This document shows positions 48,604 to 64,000 of a DNA stretch of 64,000 nt, piece by piece; the first letter of the stretch is position 1, and every line of letters starts with the position of its first letter. Both the position numbers and the translations under genes were made by a program. The DNA lies in the sequence record NC_031103.1. The stretch is one strand, 5' to 3'. Source of the DNA: Escherichia phage vB_EcoM-UFV13. The notes beneath the pieces were generated by a model. It made no database searches. It saw nothing but the letters and a program-made list of their open reading frames with translations, and was not told the DNA's origin.

Positions 48604-51600
48604 CAGTAAAAGCACCTTCAGTCACTAGTCTCAGAATTTCCAAGTTATCCGCAAATCAGGTGCAAGTACGCTGGGATGACGTTGGTGCTAATTTCTACTA
48701 TTTTGTAGAAATCGCTGAGACAAAAACAGACTCGGGGGAAAATCTCCCGAGTAATCAATACAAATGGATTAACTTAGGATATACAGCAAATAATAGTTTC
48801 TTTTTTGATGACGCTGATCCGCTGACATCGTATGTTATTAGAGTAGCTACGGCGGCGCAAGATTTTGAGCAGTCTGATTGGATTTATACCGAAGAGTTTG
48901 AAACTTTTGCTACGAATGCTTACACATTTCAAAACATGATTGAAATGCAATTAGCTAATAAATTCATTCAAGAAAAGTTCACTCTTAATAATTCTGATTA
49001 TGTTAATTTTAATAATGACACCATAATGGCTGCATTGATGAATGAATCGTTCCAGTTCAGCCCATCGTATGTTGATGTCTCATCAATCAGTAATTTTATT
49101 ATTGGTGAAAATGAGTATCATGAAATACAAGGTTCTATTCAGCAAGTATGTAAGGATATTAACCGAGTTTATTTGATGGAATCAGAAGGGATTCTATATC
49201 TTTTTGAGCGCTATCAACCCGTAGTTAAAGTATCTAATGATAAAGGACAAACCTGGAAAGCCGTAAAGCTCTTCAATGACCGCGTAGGATATCCTTTATC
49301 TAAGACAGTATATTACCAATCTGCAAACACAACATACGTTCTAGGATACGACAAGATTTTCTATGGCCGTAAATCGACTGACGTTAGATGGTCAGCAGAT
49401 GATGTCAGATTCAGTTCACAGGATATAACATTTGCTAAACTTGGTGACCAACTTCATTTAGGATTCGATGTTGAAATCTTCGCTACTTATGCTACTTTAC
49501 CGGCGAATGTATACCGCATTGCAGAAGCTATTACTTGCACCGATGATTACATTTACGTTGTTGCCAGAGATAAAGTTAGATACATAAAAACGAGTAATGC
49601 ACCTATAGATTCTGATCCATTATCCCCAACATATTCGGAAAGACTTTTTGAACCTGACACAATGACTATAACCGGAAATCCTAAAGCAGTATGCTATAAA
49701 ATGGATTCTGTTGGTGATAAAGTTTTTGCTCTTATTATTGGTGAAGTTGAAACATTAAATGCNAATCCNAGAACATCAAAAATAATTGATTCCGCTGATA
49801 AAGGAATATATGTTTTAAATCATGACGAAAAAACATGGAAAAGAGTTTTTGGTAATACNGAAGAAGAAAGAAGACGTATTCAACCNGGATATGCGAATAT
49901 GTCAACTGACGGTAAATTAGTTTCTCTGTCTTCGAGTAATTTTAAATTTTTAAGCGATAACGTTGTTAATGACCCTGAAACTGCAGCAAAATATCAGTTA
50001 ATTGGTGCTGTCAAATATGAATTTCCTCGTGAATGGTTAGCTGATAAGCATTATCATATGATGGCATTTATAGCGGATGAAAAATCTGATTGGGAGACTT
50101 TTACTCCTCAACCAATGAAATACTACGCAGAACCGTTCTTTAACTGGTCTAAAAAATCTAACACACGTTGTTGGATAAACAACTCCGATAGGGCTGTAGT
50201 AGTTTATGCTGATTTAAAATACATCAAAGTTATAGAAAATATTCCAGAAACATCACCAGATAGATTAGTTCATGAATACTGGAATGATGGCGATTGCACT
50301 ATAGTAATGCCAAATGTTAAATTCACTGGATTTAAAAAATACGCATCAGGAATGCTTTTTTACAAAGCCTCCGGTGAAATAATTTCTTACTATGATTTTA
50401 ACTATCGTGTGAGAGATACAGTAGAAATTATTTGGAAGCCAACTGAAGTATTTTTAAAAGCATTTTTACAAAACCAAGAGCATGAGACTCCTTGGTCACC
50501 AGAAGAAGAGCGTGGATTAGCTGACCCTGATTTAAGACCATTGATTGGCACAATGATGCCTGATTCTTATTTGTTACAGGATTCGAATTTTGAAGCATTT
50601 TGCGAAGCATATATTCAATATCTTTCTGATGGATATGGAACTCAGTATAACAATTTACGAAATTTAATTCGTAACAAATATCCACGAGAAGAGCATGCGT
50701 GGGAATATTTGTGGTCAGAGATATATAAAAGAAACATTTATTTAAATGCTGACAAACGTGATGCTGTTGCAAGATTTTTCGAATCACGTAGCTATGATTT
50801 TTATTCTACTAAAGGAATTGAAGCATCATACAAATTTCTTTTTAAAGTTCTTTATAATGAAGAGGTTGAAATTGAAATTGAATCTGGGGCTGGTACTGAA
50901 TATGATATAATCGTTCAATCTGATTCTTTGACTGAAGACTTAGTAGGACAAACGATTTATACAGCTACAGGAAGATGTAATGTTACTTATATAGAAAGAA
51001 GTTATTCTAATGGTAAATTGCAATGGACCGTAACTATTCATAATCTTTTGGGACGATTAATTGCCGGTCAAGAAGTTAAAGCAGAAAGACTTCCTAGTTT
51101 TGAAGGCGAAATTATTCGTGGGGTTAAAGGAAAGGATTTGCTTCAAAATAATATAGACTATATTAATAGAAGTCGATCATATTATGTAATGAAAATTAAA
51201 TCCAATTTACCTTCTTCTCGTTGGAAATCTGACGTTATTCGTTTTGTTCATCCAGTAGGATTTGGATTTATAGCAATTACCCTTTTAACGATGTTTATTA
51301 ATGTTGGTTTAACTCTTAAACACACAGAGACTATAATTAATAAATACAAAAACTATAAATGGGATTCTGGATTGCCTACTGAATATGCTGATAGAGTAGC
51401 TAAATTGACTCCAACTGGTGAAATTGAGCATGATTCGGTAACAGGCGAAGCAATTTATGAGCCTGGCCCAATGGCTGGTGTAGAATATCCTCTTCCTGAT
51501 GACTATAATGCTGAAAATAACAATTCAATATTTCAAGGTCAATTGCCGTCTGAACGACGTAAATTAATGAGTCCTTTATTTGATGCATCTGGAACAACAT

Positions 51601-51698
51601 TTGCACAATTTAGAGATTTAGTTAATAAACGTCTAAAAGATAATATAGGAAATCCAAGAGACCCTGAAAATCCAACACAGGTTAAAATAGATGAATGA
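48600..51698 (+). CDS. 7: Baseplate wedge protein gp7
   Basis: 1032 aa, same as T4 gp7; three N-derived ambiguous residues. Confidence 0.9.
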   Translation: MTVKAPSVTSLRISKLSANQVQVRWDDVGANFYYFVEIAETKTDSGENLPSNQYKWINLGYTANNSFFFDDADPLTSYVIRVATAAQDFEQSDWIYTEEFETFATNAYTFQNMIEMQLANKFIQEKFTLNNSDYVNFNNDTIMAALMNESFQFSPSYVDVSSISNFIIGENEYHEIQGSIQQVCKDINRVYLMESEGILYLFERYQPVVKVSNDKGQTWKAVKLFNDRVGYPLSKTVYYQSANTTYVLGYDKIFYGRKSTDVRWSADDVRFSSQDITFAKLGDQLHLGFDVEIFATYATLPANVYRIAEAITCTDDYIYVVARDKVRYIKTSNAPIDSDPLSPTYSERLFEPDTMTITGNPKAVCYKMDSVGDKVFALIIGEVETLNXNXRTSKIIDSADKGIYVLNHDEKTWKRVFGNXEEERRRIQXGYANMSTDGKLVSLSSSNFKFLSDNVVNDPETAAKYQLIGAVKYEFPREWLADKHYHMMAFIADEKSDWETFTPQPMKYYAEPFFNWSKKSNTRCWINNSDRAVVVYADLKYIKVIENIPETSPDRLVHEYWNDGDCTIVMPNVKFTGFKKYASGMLFYKASGEIISYYDFNYRVRDTVEIIWKPTEVFLKAFLQNQEHETPWSPEEERGLADPDLRPLIGTMMPDSYLLQDSNFEAFCEAYIQYLSDGYGTQYNNLRNLIRNKYPREEHAWEYLWSEIYKRNIYLNADKRDAVARFFESRSYDFYSTKGIEASYKFLFKVLYNEEVEIEIESGAGTEYDIIVQSDSLTEDLVGQTIYTATGRCNVTYIERSYSNGKLQWTVTIHNLLGRLIAGQEVKAERLPSFEGEIIRGVKGKDLLQNNIDYINRSRSYYVMKIKSNLPSSRWKSDVIRFVHPVGFGFIAITLLTMFINVGLTLKHTETIINKYKNYKWDSGLPTEYADRVAKLTPTGEIEHDSVTGEAIYEPGPMAGVEYPLPDDYNAENNNSIFQGQLPSERRKLMSPLFDASGTTFAQFRDLVNKRLKDNIGNPRDPENPTQVKIDE

Positions 51699-52695
51699 TT
51701 CAAGTGTTATCTATCGTGCGATAGTTACTTCAAAATTTAGAACAGAAAAAATGTTGAATTTTTATAATTCAATTGGAAGTGGTCCGGATAAAAACACTAT
51801 CTTTATCACATTTGGAAGATCAGAACCATGGTCATCAAATGAAAATGAGGCGGGCTTTGCCCCGCCTTATCCAACCGATTCTGTATTAGGTGTAACTGAC
51901 ATGTGGGCTCATATGATGGGAACAGTAAAAGTTCTTCCATCAATGCTTGATGCAGTTATTCCTCGCAGAGATTGGGGAGATACTAGATATCCGGATCCAT
52001 ACACATTTAGAATTAATGATATTGTAGTGTGTAACTCAGCTCCTTACAACGCTACTGAATCAGGTGCAGGCTGGTTAGTATATCGTTGTTTAGATGTTCC
52101 TGATACCGGAATGTGTTCAATCTCATCTTTAACTGATAAGGATGAATGCCTTAAGTTAGGTGGAAAATGGACTCCTTCTGCTAGGTCAATGACTCCTCCT
52201 GAAGGTCGAGGAGATGCTGAAGGAACAATTGAACCTGGGGACGGATATGTTTGGGAATATCTATTTGAGATTCCGCCTGATGTATCTATAAATAGATGTA
52301 CGAATGAATATATCGTGGTTCCTTGGCCTGAGGAATTAAAAGAAGACCCGACTAGATGGGGGTATGAAGATAATCTCACTTGGCAACAAGATGATTTTGG
52401 ATTAATTTACCGTGTTAAGGCAAATACTATTCGTTTTAAAGCATATTTAGATTCAGTTTATTTTCCTGAAGCTGCATTGCCAGGAAATAAAGGATTTAGA
52501 CAAATATCAATAATCACGAATCCTCTTGAAGCTAAAGCTCATCCAAATGACCCAAATGTTAAAGCTGAAAAGGATTATTATGATCCGGAAGATTTAATGA
52601 GGCATTCGGGTGAAATGATTTATATGGAAAATAGGCCACCTATTATTATGGCAATGGATCAGACAGAAGAAATCAATATTCTGTTTACATTTTAA
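51691..52695 (+). CDS. 8: Baseplate wedge protein gp8
   Basis: 334 aa, same as T4 gp8. Confidence 0.9.
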   Translation: MNDSSVIYRAIVTSKFRTEKMLNFYNSIGSGPDKNTIFITFGRSEPWSSNENEAGFAPPYPTDSVLGVTDMWAHMMGTVKVLPSMLDAVIPRRDWGDTRYPDPYTFRINDIVVCNSAPYNATESGAGWLVYRCLDVPDTGMCSISSLTDKDECLKLGGKWTPSARSMTPPEGRGDAEGTIEPGDGYVWEYLFEIPPDVSINRCTNEYIVVPWPEELKEDPTRWGYEDNLTWQQDDFGLIYRVKANTIRFKAYLDSVYFPEAALPGNKGFRQISIITNPLEAKAHPNDPNVKAEKDYYDPEDLMRHSGEMIYMENRPPIIMAMDQTEEINILFTF

Positions 52696-52700
52696 ATTAA

Positions 52701-52727
52701 GGGAGCCCATGGGCTCCCTTTTTCTTT
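52701..52727 (+). terminator. Hairpin terminator after gene 8
   Basis: GGGAGCCC-ATG-GGCTCCC hairpin followed by TTTTTCTTT. Confidence 0.7.
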
Positions 52728-52734
52728 ATAAATA
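52727..52734 (+). promoter_or_regulatory. Late promoter for gene 9
   Basis: TATAAATA about 25 nt upstream of the gene 9 start. Confidence 0.65.
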
Positions 52735-52758
52735 CTATAAACTCATAAGGAAACCGCT

Positions 52759-53625
52759 ATGTTCATTCAAGAACCAAAGAAATTGATTGATACCGGCGAA
52801 ATTGGTAACGCTTCTACTGGTGATATCTTATTCGACGGTGGTAATAAAATTAATAGTGATTTTAACGCAATTTATAATGCGTTTGGCGATCAGCGTAAAA
52901 TGGCAGTAGCAAATGGCACTGGAGCAGATGGTCAAATTATCCATGCTACTGGATATTATCAAAAACACTCTATTGCAGAGTATGCAACTCCAGTAAAAGT
53001 TGGCACTAGGCATGATATTGATACCTCTACTGTAGGTGTTAAAGTTATCATTGAAAGAGGCGAACTCGGCGATTGTGTTGAATTCATTAATTCTAACGGA
53101 TCAATATCAGTTACTAATCCTTTGACAATTCAAGCTATTGATTCAATTAAAGGTGTTTCAGGTAATTTAGTAGTAACTAGCCCATATAGTAAAGTTACTT
53201 TACGCTGCATTTCATCTGATAATTCTACGTCGGTTTGGAATTATTCTATTGAAAGTATGTTTGGACAAAAGGAATCACCAGCTGAAGGTACATGGAATAT
53301 TTCTACATCTGGATCAGTTGACATTCCATTATTTCATCGTACTGAATACAATATGGTTAAATTGCTAGTTACGTGCCAATCGGTAGATGGAAGAAAAATT
53401 AAAACAGCAGAAATAAATATTCTTGTGGATACTGTTAATTCAGAGGTCATTTCTTCTGAATATGCTGTCATGCGAGTTGGGAATGAAACCGAAGAAGACG
53501 AAATCGCTAATATTGCATTTAGTATTAAAGAAAACTATGTAACGGCGACTATAAGTTCTTCAACTGTCGGTATGAGAGCAGCAGTTAAAGTTATCGCTAC
53601 GCAGAAAATCGGGGTGGCTCAATAA
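52759..53625 (+). CDS. 9: Baseplate protein gp9 (long tail fibre socket)
   Basis: 288 aa, same as T4 gp9. Confidence 0.9.
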   Translation: MFIQEPKKLIDTGEIGNASTGDILFDGGNKINSDFNAIYNAFGDQRKMAVANGTGADGQIIHATGYYQKHSIAEYATPVKVGTRHDIDTSTVGVKVIIERGELGDCVEFINSNGSISVTNPLTIQAIDSIKGVSGNLVVTSPYSKVTLRCISSDNSTSVWNYSIESMFGQKESPAEGTWNISTSGSVDIPLFHRTEYNMVKLLVTCQSVDGRKIKTAEINILVDTVNSEVISSEYAVMRVGNETEEDEIANIAFSIKENYVTATISSSTVGMRAAVKVIATQKIGVAQ

Positions 53626-55433
53626 TGAAACAAAATATTAATATCGGTAATGTTGTTGATGATGGTACCGGTGACTACCTGCGTAAAGGTGGTATAAAAA
53701 TAAATGAAAACTTTGATGAGCTTTATTATGAACTTGGTGATGGTGATGTTCCATATTCAGCCGGTGCCTGGAAAACTTATAATGCTTCATCAGGACAAAC
53801 ATTAACAGCAGAATGGGGAAAATCATACGCTATTAATACATCTTCTGGAAGAGTGACTATAAATCTTCCAAAGGGTACAGTTAATGATTACAACAAGGTA
53901 ATTAGAGCTAGAGACGTATTTGCTACATGGAACGTTAATCCAGTTACACTAGTAGCTGCTTCTGGCGATACGATTAAAGGGTCTGCAGTACCAGTTGAAA
54001 TTAATGTTCAATTCAGCGATTTAGAACTAGTGTATTGCGCCCCAGGACGTTGGGAATATGTCAAAAATAAACAAATTGACAAAATTACCAGTTCAGACAT
54101 TAGTAATGTAGCTCGTAAAGAATTTTTAGTCGAAGTTCAAGGACAAACAGACTTTTTAGATGTTTTCCGTGGAACGAGTTATAATGTAAATAACATCAGA
54201 GTAAAACATCGTGGTAACGAATTGTATTACGGAGATGTGTTTAGCGAAAACAGTGATTTTGGCTCTCCAGGTGAAAATGAAGGAGAACTGGTTCCTCTTG
54301 ATGGATTTAATATTCGATTAAGACAGCCTTGTAATATTGGTGACACTGTTCAAATTGAAACATTTATGGATGGTGTATCGCAGTGGAGAAGTTCATATAC
54401 AAGACGTCAAATTAGATTGTTAGATTCAAAATTAACGTCAAAAACTTCTTTAGAAGGAAGCATTTACGTTACTGATTTATCAACAATGAAATCAATTCCA
54501 TTTTCTGCTTTTGGATTAATTCCAGGAGAACCTATTAATCCTAACTCTCTTGAAGTTCGTTTTAATGGAATTTTGCAGGAATTGGCTGGCACAGTTGGAA
54601 TGCCATTATTTCATTGTGTTGGTGCAGATTCAGACGATGAAGTAGAATGCTCTGTTTTAGGTGGAACTTGGGAACAATCTCATACCGATTATTCAATTGA
54701 AACTGATGAAAACGGCATACCGGAAATTTTACATTTCGATAGAGTATTTGAGCATGGTGACATTATCAATATCACCTGGTTTAATAATGATTTAGGCACA
54801 TTATTAACAAAAGACGAGATTATTGATGAAACTGATAATCTTTATGTATCTCAAGGACCGGGAGTAGATATTTCTGGTGATGTAAATTTAACAGACTTCG
54901 ATAAAATTGGTTGGCCAAATGTAGAAGCGGTTCAATCTTATCAACGCGAATTTAATGCTGTTTCAAATATCTTTGATACGATTTATCCTATTGGAACTAT
55001 ATATGAAAACGCTGTTAATCCAAACAACCCTGTTACATATATGGGATTCGGCTCATGGAAATTATTTGGGCAAGGAAAAGTTTTAGTTGGATGGAATGAA
55101 GATATTTCGGACCCTAACTTTGCTCTAAATAACAACGATTTAGATTCGGGTGGAAATCCTTCACATACTGCAGGTGGAACAGGTGGTTCTACTTCTGTTA
55201 CATTGGAAAATGCTAATCTTCCTGCAACTGAAACAGATGAAGAAGTTCTAATAGTTGATGAAAATGGATCAGTCATTGTTGGTGGGTGTCAATACGATCC
55301 AGATGAATCCGGTCCAATTTACACTAAATACCGTGAAGCTAAAGCATCTACTAACTCTACTCACACTCCGCCAACATCAATAACTAACATTCAACCATAT
55401 ATTACAGTTTATCGTTGGATAAGGATTGCATAA
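53625..55433 (+). CDS. 10: Baseplate wedge protein gp10
   Basis: 602 aa, same as T4 gp10. Confidence 0.9.
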   Translation: MKQNINIGNVVDDGTGDYLRKGGIKINENFDELYYELGDGDVPYSAGAWKTYNASSGQTLTAEWGKSYAINTSSGRVTINLPKGTVNDYNKVIRARDVFATWNVNPVTLVAASGDTIKGSAVPVEINVQFSDLELVYCAPGRWEYVKNKQIDKITSSDISNVARKEFLVEVQGQTDFLDVFRGTSYNVNNIRVKHRGNELYYGDVFSENSDFGSPGENEGELVPLDGFNIRLRQPCNIGDTVQIETFMDGVSQWRSSYTRRQIRLLDSKLTSKTSLEGSIYVTDLSTMKSIPFSAFGLIPGEPINPNSLEVRFNGILQELAGTVGMPLFHCVGADSDDEVECSVLGGTWEQSHTDYSIETDENGIPEILHFDRVFEHGDIINITWFNNDLGTLLTKDEIIDETDNLYVSQGPGVDISGDVNLTDFDKIGWPNVEAVQSYQREFNAVSNIFDTIYPIGTIYENAVNPNNPVTYMGFGSWKLFGQGKVLVGWNEDISDPNFALNNNDLDSGGNPSHTAGGTGGSTSVTLENANLPATETDEEVLIVDENGSVIVGGCQYDPDESGPIYTKYREAKASTNSTHTPPTSITNIQPYITVYRWIRIA

Positions 55434-56092
55434 TGAGTTTACTTAATAATAAAGCGGGAGTTATTTCCCGCTTAGCCGATTTTCTTGGTTTTAGACCTAA
55501 AGCTGGTAATATAGATGTAATGAATCGTCAATCAGTTGGGTCAGTGACAATTTCTCAATTAGCGAAAGGATTTTATGAACCAAACGTAGAATCAGCTATT
55601 AATGACGTTCACAATTTTTCTATAAAAGACGTTGGTACAATTATTACTAATAAAACTGGTGTTTCTCCTGAGGGTGTTTCTCAAACTGATTATTGGGCAT
55701 TTTCTGGAACTGTAACAGACGATTCTCTTCCTCCGGGTTCTCCTGTTACGGTATTAGTATTTGGTCTTCCAGTTTCAGCAACAACTGGAATGACGGCAAT
55801 TGAGTTTGTTGCAAAAGTTCGTGTTGCCCTTCAAGAAGCTATTGCGTCATTTACTGCTATCAACTCATATAAAGACCATCCAACAGATGGTAGTAAATTA
55901 GAAGTTACTTATTTAGATAATCAAAAACATGTATTAAGCACATATTCTACATATGGAATAACTATTTCGCAGGAAATTATTTCTGAGTCTAAACCTGGCT
56001 ATGGTACATGGAATTTATTAGGCGCACAAACTGTAACTTTAGATAATCAGCAGACTCCTACAGTATTTTATCATTTTGAGAGAACAGCATGA
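55433..56092 (+). CDS. 11: Baseplate protein gp11 (short tail fibre attachment)
   Basis: Start at [20 protein letters not shown] (TAATG overlap with the gene 10 stop); 219 aa as in T4. Confidence 0.9.
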   Translation: MSLLNNKAGVISRLADFLGFRPKAGNIDVMNRQSVGSVTISQLAKGFYEPNVESAINDVHNFSIKDVGTIITNKTGVSPEGVSQTDYWAFSGTVTDDSLPPGSPVTVLVFGLPVSATTGMTAIEFVAKVRVALQEAIASFTAINSYKDHPTDGSKLEVTYLDNQKHVLSTYSTYGITISQEIISESKPGYGTWNLLGAQTVTLDNQQTPTVFYHFERTA

Positions 56093-57672
56093 GTAATAAT
56101 ACATATCAACACGTTTCTAATGAATCTCGTTATGTAAAATTTGATCCTACCGATACGAATTTTCCACCAGAGATTACTGATGTTCAGGCTGCTATAGCAG
56201 CCATTTCTCCTGCTGGCGTAAATGGAGTTCCTGATGCATCGTCAACAACAAAGGGAATTTTATTTCTTGCCACTGAACAGGAAGTTATAGATGGAACTAA
56301 TAATACCAAAGCAGTTACACCAGCAACGTTGGCAACAAGATTATCATATCCAAACGCAACTGAAACTGTTTATGGATTAACAAGATATTCAACCAATGAT
56401 GAAGCCATTGCCGGAGTTAATAATGAATCTTCTATAACTCCAGCTAAATTTACTGTTGCTCTTAATAATGCGTTTGAAACTCGTGTTTCAACTGAATCCT
56501 CGAATGGTGTTATTAAAATTTCATCTCTACCGCAAGCATTAGCTGGTGCAGATGATACGACTGCAATGACTCCGTTAAAAACTCAACAGTTAGCTATTAA
56601 ACTAATTGCGCAAATTGCTCCTTCTGAAACTGCAGCTACCGAATCGGCCCAAGGCGTTGTTCAATTAGCAACAGTAGCGCAAGTTCGTCAAGGAACTTTA
56701 AGAGAAGGCTATGCAATTTCTCCTTATACGTTTATGAATTCTACTGCTACTGAAGAGTATAAAGGCGTAATTAAATTAGGAACACAGTCAGAAGTTAACT
56801 CAAATAATGCTTCAGTCGCAGTTACTGGCGCAACTCTTAATGGTCGTGGTTCTACAACGTCAATGAGAGGCGTAGTTAGATTAACAACAACAGCTGGTTC
56901 ACAAAGCGGAGGTGATGCTTCATCAGCATTAGCTTGGAATGCTGACGTTATCCACCAAAGAGGTGGTCAAACGATTAATGGAACACTCCGCATTAATAAC
57001 ACGCTCACGATAGCTTCAGGCGGAGCAAATATTACCGGTACAGTTAACATGACTGGCGGTTATATTCAAGGTAAGCGTGTTGTAACGCAAAATGAAATTG
57101 ATAGAACTATTCCTGTCGGAGCTATTATGATGTGGGCGGCCGATAGCCTTCCTAGTGATGCATGGCGTTTTTGCCACGGTGGAACTGTTTCAGCGTCAGA
57201 TTGTCCATTATATGCTTCTAGAATTGGAACAAGATATGGCGGAAGCTCATCAAATCCTGGATTGCCTGACATGCGAGGTCTTTTTGTTCGTGGCTCTGGT
57301 CGTGGCTCTCACTTAACAAATCCAAATGTTAATGGTAATGACCAATTTGGTAAGCCTAGATTAGGTGTAGGTTGTACCGGCGGATATGTTGGCGAAGTAC
57401 AAAAACAGCAGATGTCTTATCATAAACATGCTGGCGGATTTGGTGAATGGGATGATTCTGGGGCATTCGGTAATACTCGTAGATCAAATTTTGTTGGTAC
57501 ACGTAAAGGACTTGACTGGGATAACCGTTCATACTTCACTAATGACGGGTATGAAATTGACCCAGCATCACAACGAAATTCCAGATATACATTAAATCGT
57601 CCTGAATTAATTGGAAATGAAACACGTCCATGGAACATTTCTTTAAACTACATAATTAAGGTAAAAGAATGA
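56089..57672 (+). CDS. 12: Short tail fibre protein gp12
   Basis: 527 aa; [33 protein letters not shown] matches T4 gp12 as I recall it. Confidence 0.95.
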   Translation: MSNNTYQHVSNESRYVKFDPTDTNFPPEITDVQAAIAAISPAGVNGVPDASSTTKGILFLATEQEVIDGTNNTKAVTPATLATRLSYPNATETVYGLTRYSTNDEAIAGVNNESSITPAKFTVALNNAFETRVSTESSNGVIKISSLPQALAGADDTTAMTPLKTQQLAIKLIAQIAPSETAATESAQGVVQLATVAQVRQGTLREGYAISPYTFMNSTATEEYKGVIKLGTQSEVNSNNASVAVTGATLNGRGSTTSMRGVVRLTTTAGSQSGGDASSALAWNADVIHQRGGQTINGTLRINNTLTIASGGANITGTVNMTGGYIQGKRVVTQNEIDRTIPVGAIMMWAADSLPSDAWRFCHGGTVSASDCPLYASRIGTRYGGSSSNPGLPDMRGLFVRGSGRGSHLTNPNVNGNDQFGKPRLGVGCTGGYVGEVQKQQMSYHKHAGGFGEWDDSGAFGNTRRSNFVGTRKGLDWDNRSYFTNDGYEIDPASQRNSRYTLNRPELIGNETRPWNISLNYIIKVKE

Positions 57673-59132
57673 CAGATATTGTACTGAATGACTTACCATT
57701 CGTTGACGGCCCTCCTGCAGAGGGCCAGAGCCGCATTTCCTGGATTAAAAACGGCGAAGAAATTTTAGGAGCTGATACACAGTATGGAAGTGAAGGTTCA
57801 ATGAATAGACCTACAGTTTCCGTACTAAGAAATGTTGAAGTTCTCGATAAAAACATTGGAATACTTAAAACATCTTTAGAAACCGCAAATAGTGATATTA
57901 AAACAATTCAGGGCATCTTAGATGTATCTGGTGATATTGAAGCTTTGGCCCAAATAGGTATCAATAAAAAGGATATTTCTGACCTCAAAACGCTAACCAG
58001 TGAACATACAGAAATATTAAATGGAACTAATAGTACGGTTGACAGCATTCTTGCTGATATTGGTCCATTTAACTCTGAGGCCAACTCTGTATATAGAACG
58101 ATCAGAAATGATTTACTGTGGATAAAGCGTGAACTTGGACAATACACTGGTCAAGATATTAATGGTCTTCCTGTTGTAGGAAATCCTAGTAGTGGAATGA
58201 AGCATCGCATTATTAATAATACTGATGTCATTACTTCACAGGGAATACGTTTAAGCGAATTAGAAACAAAATTTATTGAATCTGATGTAGGTTCTTTGAC
58301 TATTGAAGTTGGCAATCTTCGTGAAGAGCTTGGACCGAAACCGCCGTCATTTTCCCAAACTGTTTATAGTCGTTTAAATGAAATTGACACTAAACAGACA
58401 ACAGTTGAGTCTGACATTAGTGTTATTAAGACCTCAATAGGATATCCAGGAAATAATTCGATTATCACGAGTGTTAATATAAACACTGATAATATTGCAT
58501 CTATTAATTTAGAGCTAAATCAAAGTGGAGGTATTAAACAGCGTTTAACCGCTATAGAAACTTCTATCGGTTCAGATGATATTCCTTCGAGTATTAAAGG
58601 ACAAATTAAAGATAATACAACTTCAATCGAAGCTCTAAACGGAATTGTAGGTGAAAACACTTCATCTGGTTTAAGAGCGAATGTTTCATGGTTAAACCAA
58701 ATTGTTGGAACTGATTCTAGCGGTGGACAACCGTCTCCTCCTGGGTCTCTTTTAAACCGAGTTTCTACAATTGAAACTTCTGTTTCAGGCTTGAATAACG
58801 ATGTTCAAAACCTACAGGTAGAAATTGGTAATAACAGCACAGGAATTAAAGGGCAAGTTGTAGCGTTAAATACTTTAGTAAATGGAACTAACCCAAACGG
58901 TTCAACTGTCGAAGAACGCGGATTAACCAATTCAATAAAAGCTAACGAAACCAACATTGCATCAGTTACACAAGAAGTGAATACCGCTAAAGGTAGTATA
59001 TCTTCTCTGCAAAGTGATGTTCAAGCTCTCCAAGAAGCAGGTTATATTCCTGAAGCTCCAAAAGATGGCCAAGCTTACGTTCGTAAAGACGGCGAATGGG
59101 TATTACTTTCTACCTTTTTATCACCAGCATAA
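57669..59132 (+). CDS. wac: Fibritin (whisker protein)
   Basis: 487 aa; long coiled coil and the C-terminal foldon [27 protein letters not shown]. Confidence 0.95.
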   Translation: MTDIVLNDLPFVDGPPAEGQSRISWIKNGEEILGADTQYGSEGSMNRPTVSVLRNVEVLDKNIGILKTSLETANSDIKTIQGILDVSGDIEALAQIGINKKDISDLKTLTSEHTEILNGTNSTVDSILADIGPFNSEANSVYRTIRNDLLWIKRELGQYTGQDINGLPVVGNPSSGMKHRIINNTDVITSQGIRLSELETKFIESDVGSLTIEVGNLREELGPKPPSFSQTVYSRLNEIDTKQTTVESDISVIKTSIGYPGNNSIITSVNINTDNIASINLELNQSGGIKQRLTAIETSIGSDDIPSSIKGQIKDNTTSIEALNGIVGENTSSGLRANVSWLNQIVGTDSSGGQPSPPGSLLNRVSTIETSVSGLNNDVQNLQVEIGNNSTGIKGQVVALNTLVNGTNPNGSTVEERGLTNSIKANETNIASVTQEVNTAKGSISSLQSDVQALQEAGYIPEAPKDGQAYVRKDGEWVLLSTFLSPA

Positions 59133-59135
59133 CAT

Positions 59136-59163
59136 GGGGCCGCAAGGCCCCAAAGGATTTTTA
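59136..59163 (+). terminator. Hairpin after wac
   Basis: GGGGCC-GCAA-GGCCCC hairpin (GNRA loop) followed by a short T-tract. Confidence 0.5.
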
Positions 59164-59164
59164 A

Positions 59165-60866
<1,702 letters not shown>

Positions 60867-60907
60867 TAAATATTATAAACTAATTAAAGCCCAGATTAGG
60901 AGAAATC

Positions 60908-64000
<3,093 letters not shown>

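Overview
This window reads as a 64-kb segment of a T4-like (T-even, Tevenvirinae) coliphage genome. Assignments rest on recognised protein motifs, on protein lengths that match T4 as I recall them, and on T4 gene order; no database search was run. Positions 1-43440 are a densely packed minus-strand early/middle region: gene 46 (partial), 47, a-gt, 55, nrdH, nrdG, nrdD, 49, nrdC, a long run of small hypothetical genes, rI, tk, regB, a GrcA-like gene, several internal-protein genes, denV, e, nudE, ten tRNAs, 57B/acb1, 57A, 1, 3, 2 and 4. Positions 43488-64000 are the plus-strand late module: 53, 5, 5.1, 5.4, 6-12, wac, 13-16 and the start of 17. Regulatory signals are typical of T4: many early promoters (GTTTAC ... 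TGGTATAAT), TATAAATA late promoters, and GC-rich tetraloop hairpins acting as terminators. The window differs from what I recall of T4 in an uninterrupted nrdD, no recognisable homing endonuclease genes, ten rather than eight tRNAs, and a reshuffled internal-protein locus. The candidates most worth follow-up are a TARG1/DarG-like macro-domain protein, a family of seven internal-protein genes (one frameshifted), a nucleotidyltransferase plus P-loop NTPase pair, and a tandem paralog pair where T4 has mobD. I found no CRISPR array, integrase or transposase. Scattered N bases limit confidence in a few genes.
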